Shown: piece after piece, positions 28,480 to 37,204 of the stretch | Position numbering within the stretch: the first letter of the stretch is position 1 | Layout: each line of letters begins with the position of its first letter | Virus record (IMG/VR): IMGVR_UViG_3300012950_001127 | Coordinates: 1 to 64,000 of that record | Strand: one strand, 5' to 3' | Length of the DNA: 64,000 nt | Origin: a virus | Position numbers and translations under genes: made by a program | Notes under the pieces: generated by a model | What the model was told of the DNA's origin: nothing | What the model saw: the letters and a program-made list of their open reading frames with translations, nothing else | Database searches by the model: none

Positions 28480-29542
28480 GCAAAAAAAGGAAGAAAAGAT
28501 TTTCAGCCTTTTGAAGTCATTTGGGATAAAGACGGAGTATGTAAAGATTGATAAAAAGAGATTTTTTGATATTTATGATATAAAATTATCTAATGGAATC
28601 AGATCTTCTAAGTTAGATCGAGTTCTTGTAGATATAGGTTTAGCAATGTCTTCTCATTCCCACCCTAAAGGATATCCTGTTATGAGGGATGGGGTATATA
28701 GGATTGAAATTCAAAGAGAAGAGATAGAGTCTCCTACTTTTCAGTCTGTATATAATTCTTTTGCTAAAAATCATTATGCGCCTATAGCGGTAGGCGTAGA
28801 CACTTTGGGGGAATTTTTCAGTATAGATTTAAATAAGCTGCCAAATTTATTGGTAGCAGGGACTACTGGCTCTGGCAAAAGCATGTTGCTTCATAGCTTT
28901 GTATTATCTCTTTTGGGCTCTGATGCGCTTGTGCACCTTGTTGACCCGAAGATGGTAGAGTTTGGTATTTATGAAAACTTTAAAGCAATAAGATCTATTT
29001 CTCACTCTGTTGAGGAGACAGAGGCGATGATAGAGGGTGTTCGTGAACTCATGGAGTCTAGATTTGGATGCCTAAAGAGTCATGGAGCAAGAGACGCGTC
29101 AGAATATAATAAAAAAGTAGATCAGAAGAATAAAATGCGTCCAGTAGTTGTGATTGTAGACGAGTGGGCAGATATTGTATTACAAGATAAGGATATACAA
29201 AAGGTATTATGCTTTGTTGCACAAAAAGGCAGAGCGGCTGGTATTTCTATAATTCTTGCGACACAAAGACCATCTGCCAGAGTAATATCTGGATTAGTTA
29301 AAGCGAATTTTTCCGGCAGAGTGTCTTTGAAAGTTGCGTCGGCTGTTGATAGTAGGATTGTTTTAGATTGCAATGGAGCAGAAAAAATAACAGACGTAGG
29401 TACTGGCCTATATTTAGATGGCACATTGTCTAAACCAAAAATGTTTAGAGCGCCAAATATTCTTGATATTCAAGAAGAATTAAATATTATAAGCCCAATC
29501 GCTAAGGCGCGTCCAAGTTTTTGGAGCAGGTTTAAATTTTGA
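28448..29542 (+). CDS. FtsK/SpoIIIE-family ATPase (motor domain only)
   Basis: PNLLVAGTTGSGKS, VDPKMVEF, VIVDEWAD, GRAAGI.IILATQRPS, DSRIVLD..GAE. Confidence 0.92.
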   Translation: MKASEVIGIFEQKKEEKIFSLLKSFGIKTEYVKIDKKRFFDIYDIKLSNGIRSSKLDRVLVDIGLAMSSHSHPKGYPVMRDGVYRIEIQREEIESPTFQSVYNSFAKNHYAPIAVGVDTLGEFFSIDLNKLPNLLVAGTTGSGKSMLLHSFVLSLLGSDALVHLVDPKMVEFGIYENFKAIRSISHSVEETEAMIEGVRELMESRFGCLKSHGARDASEYNKKVDQKNKMRPVVVIVDEWADIVLQDKDIQKVLCFVAQKGRAAGISIILATQRPSARVISGLVKANFSGRVSLKVASAVDSRIVLDCNGAEKITDVGTGLYLDGTLSKPKMFRAPNILDIQEELNIISPIAKARPSFWSRFKF

Positions 29543-30078
29543 TTAGATATTCGAAAGAGCAGATATTAAATAGTGTAAATATCGCAAGTATAGCAGATAA
29601 ATTTAATATAGGGTTGGAGCAGGTTAATACTGGCAACTTTACACACAGGTGCAAGTGCCCATCGGCAGAGCATAAGAATGGCTCAGAAAGAACAGGCTCT
29701 CTTTATATAGATGAGATAAACAATAATTTTTATTGCTTTGGTTGTGGAGCATCTAACAATGTTATAGACTTTTATATGTTATGTGCTGAAAAAGATTTTT
29801 CAGAATCTATTTTTGATCTATCCGAATATGTAGATGCAGATAAAGTTAAGAATATTAAAGTAATAAAAAAAGCAAGTAACTTTCAATATTTAATAATGAT
29901 TTCTAATGAATTTAGAAAATTACAGAGATTTCACTCAGAAGATATGGAGTGGATCGAGAAGTTTATCAAACATACGGATAAGCGCTTGTGTTCTATAGAT
30001 AGATGTGATGTTGGTGCGGCAAAGAAAATTTTAAATAAAATAAAGCTTATTATAAATAGGAGGTATCAAAACAAATGA
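29539..30078 (+). CDS. Stand-alone CHC2 zinc-finger protein (primase zinc-binding domain)
   Basis: CP...H...ERTGS...FYCFGCGASNNVIDF; no TOPRIM domain. Confidence 0.8.
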   Translation: MIRYSKEQILNSVNIASIADKFNIGLEQVNTGNFTHRCKCPSAEHKNGSERTGSLYIDEINNNFYCFGCGASNNVIDFYMLCAEKDFSESIFDLSEYVDADKVKNIKVIKKASNFQYLIMISNEFRKLQRFHSEDMEWIEKFIKHTDKRLCSIDRCDVGAAKKILNKIKLIINRRYQNK

Positions 30079-31244
30079 GAATGATTATCTGTGGAGATAC
30101 GCATATAGGTGCCATTTTTGGCCTTGGAAGGCCAAATGGCAAGGGCAGTAATACGCGAGTTGATGACTATGAAAATACTTTTAACTCTATTGTTGATCAC
30201 GCCATAAACACAAAGGCTGATATTTTTATTCAAACTGGAGATATATTTGAAAGCAGAAATCCTTCGGTTGAACATATGAAGGTTGTAGATAAGGCTCTTA
30301 GGCGCTTGTCTAATGAAAATATAGCAACGTTTGTGATAATGGGGAATCATGATTATAAAAAAAGCGGCCCATCATTTACTAGCTCTATAACTTCATTGGC
30401 TTCTGCAGATTATCCAAACGTAAGAATGCTAATAGAGCCTGAGATTATTCAGGTTTGTAACTCAAGCAATGAAAAAGTTAATATTCTTCTCCTGCCTTAT
30501 AGGGACAGGAAGATGTATAAGGGGAAATCTGTCAAGGAGCAATCAGATGGATATAATAATGAAATTATAAATTTAGTATCTTCCGCAGCCTCAGACATAC
30601 CTCTGGTCGCGGTTGGACATAATTTCTTTTATGAAGGAAGTTATAATGATTATGGCGGAACAGAAATTCTAACGAGCCCCCAGGCCTTTAAGGGCGCAGA
30701 CTTAGTTGTTATGGGGCACTTGCATCAGTTTAGAGTATTGCGCAAGCGCGCACCCGTATGTGTGTATTCTGGCTCCATGGAGAAGACAAACTTTGGAGAT
30801 TCAAGCGTAGACAAGTATTATATAGATTATAATATTTTAAATAAAAAGATAAAGTTTTGTAAAACTAAAACGAGAGAGCTTGTTGATGACTCCTTTGATT
30901 TAACTGGGGTTGGCTTTGCAGATGTTCAAAACAGAATAGAGGAAGAATTAGAGGCCTCTTCTCTTGAAGACAAGATAGTTAGATTGAAGCTGGTTGTTGA
31001 TGAAAAAGTTTTGCCAGTATTAGACGTGTCGAGGGTTGAAACGGCCATATATAGCCATGGAGCGTTTTATGTATCCAAAGTAATTATAGAGCCTATTGCA
31101 CAAAGGATTGTTAGAGATAATGCCATTCTAGGCTACGAAGATGATTACGAAATGTTTGAAGCCTTTCTTAAGTCACAGAATATAGATTTAGATTCTAAAG
31201 AGTTGCTGTTGACCGAAGCAAAGGAAATTATGGGGAAAATATGA
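30075..31244 (+). CDS. sbcD: SbcD/Mre11-like nuclease
   Basis: GDTHIG, GDIFE, GNHD, MGHLH, YSGS; coupled to the SMC ATPase gene. Confidence 0.9.
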   Translation: MRMIICGDTHIGAIFGLGRPNGKGSNTRVDDYENTFNSIVDHAINTKADIFIQTGDIFESRNPSVEHMKVVDKALRRLSNENIATFVIMGNHDYKKSGPSFTSSITSLASADYPNVRMLIEPEIIQVCNSSNEKVNILLLPYRDRKMYKGKSVKEQSDGYNNEIINLVSSAASDIPLVAVGHNFFYEGSYNDYGGTEILTSPQAFKGADLVVMGHLHQFRVLRKRAPVCVYSGSMEKTNFGDSSVDKYYIDYNILNKKIKFCKTKTRELVDDSFDLTGVGFADVQNRIEEELEASSLEDKIVRLKLVVDEKVLPVLDVSRVETAIYSHGAFYVSKVIIEPIAQRIVRDNAILGYEDDYEMFEAFLKSQNIDLDSKELLLTEAKEIMGKI

Positions 31245-33346
31245 TTCCAACAAAAGTTGAATTAGAAAACTTTTTTTCACACAAAAATAGCACTGTTGAT
31301 TTTTCAGATTTTTCTTCTGCATTGCTCATAGGCAATACAGAGGGCGATTACGGAAAGTCTAATGGCTCTGGGAAAAGTGCCATATTTGAATCAATTTTAT
31401 GGTGCCTTTTTAACAAATCAAGAGTCTCTATGATGGATGATATAATCATGTGGGGATCTGCCACATGCTTTGTAGAGTTAGAGTTTAATCATGATAATAA
31501 TTTATATAAGGTAAGAAGGTCCAGATCAAGGATGAACTCAACATCATCTGTTGAATTTTGTATATCTGATCCAGTGGAAGGCTGGCAAGACTTATCTTGT
31601 TCTACTGCGGGAGATACAAATAAGTTAATCGAAGAAATTACAGGTCTCAATTATAAAACTTTTATAAACTCTGTCTATTTTAGACAGAATGATATATCTG
31701 AGTTTGCAGAAGCAGAAGCTTCCAGAAAGAAAGAGATTTTAAAATCTATTGTAGATATATCCAGATGGGACGACTACGATAAGGAGGCTAGGAAAAAGGC
31801 TAGAGATATCAAAATAGAGTGCAAAGTGTTGCAGGCATCTGTAGATGGATATAAAGATTTGGTTGAAGAGCTTGCGAAAACAGAGGGGGAGTTAGGATTA
31901 TTAAAAGACAGCATAGAGAAGCTGGCGGCTAAGAAAGCCTCAGTTGTGGGACAGCTTGATTTGCTGAGTGGCGAATATTCTTTGATAAAAGAATCTTTGG
32001 ATACAGAGACATACGATAAAATTATTGAAAAAATTTCTTCTTTAAAGAAAGACAAAGAGCGTGCCGCTAACCTCTTAGGCGAAGAAACCGCTTTGATAGT
32101 TAAATATGAAAAAGATAAGAAGGCAATAGAGAATGATATTGACAATCTTTCAATATCAATAAAAAATCTTCTTGAAGAAGAGGTGCCTACAGGAATTGTT
32201 GATTCGCTTCGCAGTGAGCTAACGACGCATAAGTCTAGCGTAGCTTCTTCTAAACTAATTTTAAGTAATTTAAACAAGATTGATCTAAGCAGCGGTGCAT
32301 GTCATGTGTGTGAGCAGAATATTCCTGAAACTCTTAGCCAAAAGTTATCAAAAGAATATAGAGAAAGAATTGATGGTCACAAGAAAAGCGTCGGAGTTTG
32401 CAAAGAAAGCATTGTAAAGATTGAGGGCAAAATAGAAAAGTGGCTTGAGAAAGAGAAGGGCAATTCTAAGATAAAAGAGGCAAATGCTAGCATTGAGCCG
32501 TTAGAATACAAGCTAAGCCTTGTAAAAGAAACTCTAGATAAACATGTAAAGGAAAAAAAGGTTCAATCTAATAAGCTAGACAATATTAAGTCTGAATTAA
32601 AAACAAATATAGAAATATTAGAATCAATTAAAAATGAAAATTTTCAGAATATAAGATCAAATATTCAAATCTTAAAGGATGAAAAAGAAGTTTTGTTAAA
32701 ATCCATTGCTGAAGAAAATAAAAAGATTGGAAGGCTGCAGGAAAGAGAAAGCTCTTTGAGCTCTAAGAAGGATGCTATGGAAGATAATAAGAAAAAATTA
32801 AATGAGAAGCTAAAGAGCGTTGCATTGTTTGACAAATTGGCAAGAATGTTTGGCAAAAACGGAATACAAACAATTCTTTTAGATGCTGTGATTGAAGATT
32901 TGGAGAAAACTTCTAATAAAACTCTTTCGTCAATTTGCAACGAACCTGCAGTTATAACGCTAGAAACACAGCGTCCTGGTGCAGATGGAACGTCTATCGT
33001 TGAAACTTTGGACTTAAAAGTACGTAAAGATGGGTGTTTGCAAAACTTTAAATCTCTTAGTGGCGGAGAAAAGTTTAGAATTTCCTTGGCGTTGCGGATA
33101 GCCCTTAGTGAAATATCCTCAAGATATGGCGGATCTTCGTTAGAATTTTTGTTGTTAGATGAAGTAAATTCGCCCTTAGACAGATTTGGCGTTGAAACTC
33201 TTTTTATAAATGTAATAAAGTCATTAGAGGACAAATATAAAATACTGGTTATTACTCACGATGAAGGGCTGAAAGAAAGATTTGATAACGTTATAGATGT
33301 AACAAAGGTTAATGGGGAAAGCCAAATAGAATTTATAGTTAGATAG
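31241..33346 (+). CDS. sbcC: SbcC/Rad50-like SMC ATPase
   Basis: NGSGKS, Q-loop FRQND, long coiled coil with CHVC zinc hook, LSGGE signature, LLLDE, ITH. Confidence 0.93.
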   Translation: MIPTKVELENFFSHKNSTVDFSDFSSALLIGNTEGDYGKSNGSGKSAIFESILWCLFNKSRVSMMDDIIMWGSATCFVELEFNHDNNLYKVRRSRSRMNSTSSVEFCISDPVEGWQDLSCSTAGDTNKLIEEITGLNYKTFINSVYFRQNDISEFAEAEASRKKEILKSIVDISRWDDYDKEARKKARDIKIECKVLQASVDGYKDLVEELAKTEGELGLLKDSIEKLAAKKASVVGQLDLLSGEYSLIKESLDTETYDKIIEKISSLKKDKERAANLLGEETALIVKYEKDKKAIENDIDNLSISIKNLLEEEVPTGIVDSLRSELTTHKSSVASSKLILSNLNKIDLSSGACHVCEQNIPETLSQKLSKEYRERIDGHKKSVGVCKESIVKIEGKIEKWLEKEKGNSKIKEANASIEPLEYKLSLVKETLDKHVKEKKVQSNKLDNIKSELKTNIEILESIKNENFQNIRSNIQILKDEKEVLLKSIAEENKKIGRLQERESSLSSKKDAMEDNKKKLNEKLKSVALFDKLARMFGKNGIQTILLDAVIEDLEKTSNKTLSSICNEPAVITLETQRPGADGTSIVETLDLKVRKDGCLQNFKSLSGGEKFRISLALRIALSEISSRYGGSSLEFLLLDEVNSPLDRFGVETLFINVIKSLEDKYKILVITHDEGLKERFDNVIDVTKVNGESQIEFIVR

Positions 33347-33401
33347 TTAGATCCGTTTTAATATGGTATGCTAATTATCGCAGATAAGTTATGGAGAGAT
33401 C

Positions 33402-34277
33402 ATGATAGTATTAACTATGACAGAGAGTTCGGTTGAGCTTATTTCTGGCAGCCCAGAGTATGTTGCCTTTTCCTCTAGCGAGCCAGCTAGCATCTACTAT
33501 ACCCTCGACGGATCTGCGCCCACGGAAGAATCCCTGATTGCTGTGGGAAGAGTATACCTGCCTTCAGGTGGGGTAGCTTTTTCTATTAAGGCTGTTGCTA
33601 TATCGGCAAGTGATAGTTCGGCAGTTTTAGAGCAAGAATACTCTCCAGACTCTACGGATTTAAATGGGCCAAGGCATATTGGGGAAGAGGGCGTTTTGGT
33701 TATGCCTTATGGAGAGGACGCTGTTGATAGTCTGTCTTACGATGCGAGTGGAGATCCGGCTCAAGAGGTTGCAAAGAGCTTTGATGATTTAGATATAAAG
33801 GTCTCCAGGGTTAATCGCGGTGGAGTTATGCTAGATAAATACAAAACCTCTGTATCTTTTGTTAACTTTGCAGAAATTTCCTCTAAAGCAAAAGAGACAA
33901 TAACAAGCACTCCAAATAATAATGTTGACTTTGATCCTACGGCTAGAGTTATTGTGATAGACGGCTCCACGGACGAAAAAAAGCAAGAACAAGTTGTCAA
34001 GATAGTAAATCGTCCCTATAATAATCTTGACCCAGTTAGCAAATTTTACGATGAGCAAATTGGGAATTCAGAACAAGTTATTACAGGAAACTATGTTAGA
34101 AGCTTTTATAATCCCAGCACTGGAATATATACATCTTTTTATTGGGAAAGTAGAGAATCTAGGTGGTTAAAATCTATTCAGAGAATAGAGCACAAGCCCT
34201 TGGCTGTATCTTTTTCGTCTGAAAAAATGTTTGTATATAGATGGATTCAAGATAGAGCTATGAGTCAAATTTTTTAG
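33402..34277 (+). CDS. Putative virion protein with N-terminal Fn3-associated/chitobiase-like Ig domain
   Basis: ASIYYTLDGSAPT...IKAVAI motif; preceded by TGCTAAT. Confidence 0.6.
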   Translation: MIVLTMTESSVELISGSPEYVAFSSSEPASIYYTLDGSAPTEESLIAVGRVYLPSGGVAFSIKAVAISASDSSAVLEQEYSPDSTDLNGPRHIGEEGVLVMPYGEDAVDSLSYDASGDPAQEVAKSFDDLDIKVSRVNRGGVMLDKYKTSVSFVNFAEISSKAKETITSTPNNNVDFDPTARVIVIDGSTDEKKQEQVVKIVNRPYNNLDPVSKFYDEQIGNSEQVITGNYVRSFYNPSTGIYTSFYWESRESRWLKSIQRIEHKPLAVSFSSEKMFVYRWIQDRAMSQIF

Positions 34278-34303
34278 TTTTCCTGCTACAAAAGGAGTTA
34301 GTT

Positions 34304-35077
34304 TTGTTAAAGCTTTCTGTGTCCTCTATGGACACTTATAATAAATGTCCAAAAAAATACCATTATAGGTATATAGAAAAGCCAGATGTAGAGAGGGCTA
34401 AGTGGGGGTTCACTGAGTTTGGCTCATGCGCCCATAGAATTCTCGAATTATTTCATAAAGAAATAATAAGAACAAAATCTGGAGAAAGTCATTATTCAGA
34501 CATAATGAAGACTGCTTTTAAAAAGGCAGTAAAAGAATTTGATCTTGCCATATTAGAACAGCCAGTGTGGACTCCGAATGGAGACGCTCCTGGCCTCTTA
34601 TATTTAAGAGAAATAATGCAAGATTATTTAAATTTATTAAAAAATAAAGGAATGCCAAATGTAATTGGCATTGAGGCCCCATATAACTTTAAGCTCCTAG
34701 CTGACGGAAAAGAGATTTTAGTAAGGGGCATTATAGACAGAATTGATAAAATTGGAGATCGAGAATATAGAGTTCTTGATTATAAAACCAGTAAGAATCA
34801 AAAATATTTAACCAGCTTTCAGCTGCTGGTTTATGCCGAAGCAGTTAGGCAAAAGTATCCAGATGCAGAAACTGTGCATGGTTCATATATGCTTTTGAAA
34901 CACGGTTGCAAAACTGTTGATTGGACCTTCGCTGGATCTGAAATAGATGGCTGCAAGCAGTCTATAATAAAAACTGCAACATATATTGAAGATGATGATT
35001 CTTGGGTAAAAAAGCCATCGCTTTTGTGCAGGTGGTGCGATTATAAACCAATATGCCAAGATGCATGGACAGAGTAG
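34304..35077 (+). CDS. PD-(D/E)XK nuclease, RecB/Cas4-like with Fe-S cluster cysteines
   Basis: N-terminal CP, GxxxH, RGIIDRID, VLDYKT, QLLVY, CRWCDYKPIC. Confidence 0.88.
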   Translation: MLKLSVSSMDTYNKCPKKYHYRYIEKPDVERAKWGFTEFGSCAHRILELFHKEIIRTKSGESHYSDIMKTAFKKAVKEFDLAILEQPVWTPNGDAPGLLYLREIMQDYLNLLKNKGMPNVIGIEAPYNFKLLADGKEILVRGIIDRIDKIGDREYRVLDYKTSKNQKYLTSFQLLVYAEAVRQKYPDAETVHGSYMLLKHGCKTVDWTFAGSEIDGCKQSIIKTATYIEDDDSWVKKPSLLCRWCDYKPICQDAWTE

Positions 35078-35085
35078 GGGATAAG

Positions 35086-35865
35086 ATGTTTGAAGGTATA
35101 GTTAGAATGTATGATGAAGACGTGCATATAAATACAGATACAAAAGAAGGATATGCGCGAGTTATAGAGAGAATAGACCCGCTATTATGTAAAATGGCCT
35201 CAAAAACATATATGCCTGGATATAATTTTGATGACATCAAGCAAGAGTTGATAGTAATTGCGATGGAAGGAGTTGATGCATTTGATCCGAAAAAGAATGT
35301 AAAGTTAAGTACCTTTCTGCATATTCATCTTAGAAATAAGTTGATTTCAAAAATAAAGAGCGTTAATAAACTTTCTAATGATGCGTTTTCATTGTCTGAA
35401 AATATGCAGAAAAACCCTATATGTAGTTGTGGTGGCAAAATTATTTCAGACGAATACATAGAGGAAGAGACTGGCAAAGTAAAGTGCGGACATAGCTGTG
35501 AAGTATGTAGCAAAAATTATTCTTATCCTCATAGGAGGTCCAGAGAAGAGCTTATATTTAGTGGAATGCCGCGAGTTAACCCGAATGACGGTGAAGAGTA
35601 TGCGGATTTTCAAAGTTCTTTATCAAACTCTAGTGGGCTTTATTCTGACGATAGAACATCATATGATGATGTTGAATTAGAGCTTTTGATAGATAAGCTT
35701 TCAGAGGCGATTGACGAAAAGACTTCAATCATATTAAGGAAAGTTTGCCTGGAAGGATTTTCAATTAAAGATGCTGCAGAAAGTGTAGGCTTGACCGGGT
35801 GGGCGGCAAGCATGAGGCTTAAGAAGCTTGATCGCTTTAAAATATTAAAAGACTTGCTTGATTAA
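35086..35865 (+). CDS. Phage RNA polymerase sigma factor with zinc-ribbon insertion
   Basis: Region 2 (DDIKQE...FDPKKNVKLSTFLH...RN); region 4 HTH (LEGFSIKDAAESVG); CSCG...CEVC between them. Confidence 0.75.
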   Translation: MFEGIVRMYDEDVHINTDTKEGYARVIERIDPLLCKMASKTYMPGYNFDDIKQELIVIAMEGVDAFDPKKNVKLSTFLHIHLRNKLISKIKSVNKLSNDAFSLSENMQKNPICSCGGKIISDEYIEEETGKVKCGHSCEVCSKNYSYPHRRSREELIFSGMPRVNPNDGEEYADFQSSLSNSSGLYSDDRTSYDDVELELLIDKLSEAIDEKTSIILRKVCLEGFSIKDAAESVGLTGWAASMRLKKLDRFKILKDLLD

Positions 35866-37192
35866 AAATAGTATGAGGGATGAAATCTTAAAACATATTA
35901 AAGATGAGAAGGATGTATCTAGGTATAAAATATTTGTTTTAAAAAAAAGAGCAAAAAATAAAGCCTACAAGCATAGACTTATTTCTATCGAAAAGGATTT
36001 TGTAGAATATCCAATCGAAAAGATTGAATTTAAAACCCTGGCAGAGGCTCGTGAGGCTATAGCTTTGTTTAAAGTTTCTAGATCAGAGTTTGTTGCCAAA
36101 TATGGGCAAGGCAGGCCTAAAGAAAGGGCTAAAATTAATGCCAAAGAGCGCGGGCTTCTTGATGATAAAGTTTCTTTTTATGAAAATAAATATAAAAATC
36201 TTTTAGAGGAAGGAATAAAGAAATTAAATATATTAGAAGATGATTTTTTTGCTTCTCAGGTAAATTCGCTAAATAATTTAGATAAATCTGTTGGTCCAGA
36301 TACCCTAATGAGGGTCGAGGGGGCCTCTCTCGGCAAAAAAAGAGCCAGGGCTCAGATTTTGCTGTATTGTTTTTCTAGATTTTTATATTATAAAGTTAAG
36401 AGGATAAAGAGATCTATCGAGAAGGACGAGATAAGCGCTGAAGAGTTTAGAGATTTAAATTTTACATTAGATAATTTTTTAAATAATTATGAATATGGAT
36501 TGTTTAATTATTATAATGATGGAATAAAAGAGGTTCCGTTGATTATAAATGGAACTTTGGGACATAATAATTATATTCATGCGCTATATCCCCTTACCAA
36601 TTTATTCGAGAAGTATGAATATGATTTTTGTATCGAAAAAGTATTAGACGAAAATAAAAAAATTTTTAATGAGACAAGCCTTTTGCCATCTAATAAAAAA
36701 TTTGCAAAAAGAGGATATGCTGTAATAACTCCTATGCAGCGGGTTGGCAATGAGGCAGTAAAACTTTTATTTTTAGATTTATGGTCTAAAAGCGGGGTGT
36801 GTTTGAACGAAATCTTTACTAAAGATTTTTATAATCAGATCGTTGATGATATATATTATAAGGCGATTTCCACAGTTCCTATTTGGACTACCGGCGAAGA
36901 GCTTAATAAAAACAAGTTTCTTTTTAGAATTATTGCATCATTGCTTGGCCTTGAACATGTGCCGATGATAGATGAAATTAACTTCAAAGATGCTTCTATA
37001 ATAACTAGGATAAATAATTATTACGATGGCAATATAGAAATATGCTCAAAGTCTAGTAAAATTTTAGTTCCAACTACGCGTTCTGAAGCAGATCATATAA
37101 AAACTTCTTTGGCACGGTTTGACTTACTAATAAAAGAAATAAGAGAAGAGTATATTTCTTTGTTTTTAAAAGATAATCAATATGTCGTATAA
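35858..37192 (+). CDS. Hypothetical protein
   Basis: 444-aa ORF overlapping the end of the sigma gene. Confidence 0.7.
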   Translation: MIKNSMRDEILKHIKDEKDVSRYKIFVLKKRAKNKAYKHRLISIEKDFVEYPIEKIEFKTLAEAREAIALFKVSRSEFVAKYGQGRPKERAKINAKERGLLDDKVSFYENKYKNLLEEGIKKLNILEDDFFASQVNSLNNLDKSVGPDTLMRVEGASLGKKRARAQILLYCFSRFLYYKVKRIKRSIEKDEISAEEFRDLNFTLDNFLNNYEYGLFNYYNDGIKEVPLIINGTLGHNNYIHALYPLTNLFEKYEYDFCIEKVLDENKKIFNETSLLPSNKKFAKRGYAVITPMQRVGNEAVKLLFLDLWSKSGVCLNEIFTKDFYNQIVDDIYYKAISTVPIWTTGEELNKNKFLFRIIASLLGLEHVPMIDEINFKDASIITRINNYYDGNIEICSKSSKILVPTTRSEADHIKTSLARFDLLIKEIREEYISLFLKDNQYVV

Positions 37193-37204
37193 CGTTAGTT
37201 AAAA

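Noticed and set aside
34304-35077. CRISPR-Cas locus suggested by the Cas4-like nuclease
   Set aside because: No other cas genes and no repeat-spacer array; stand-alone Cas4/RecB-like nucleases are common in phages.
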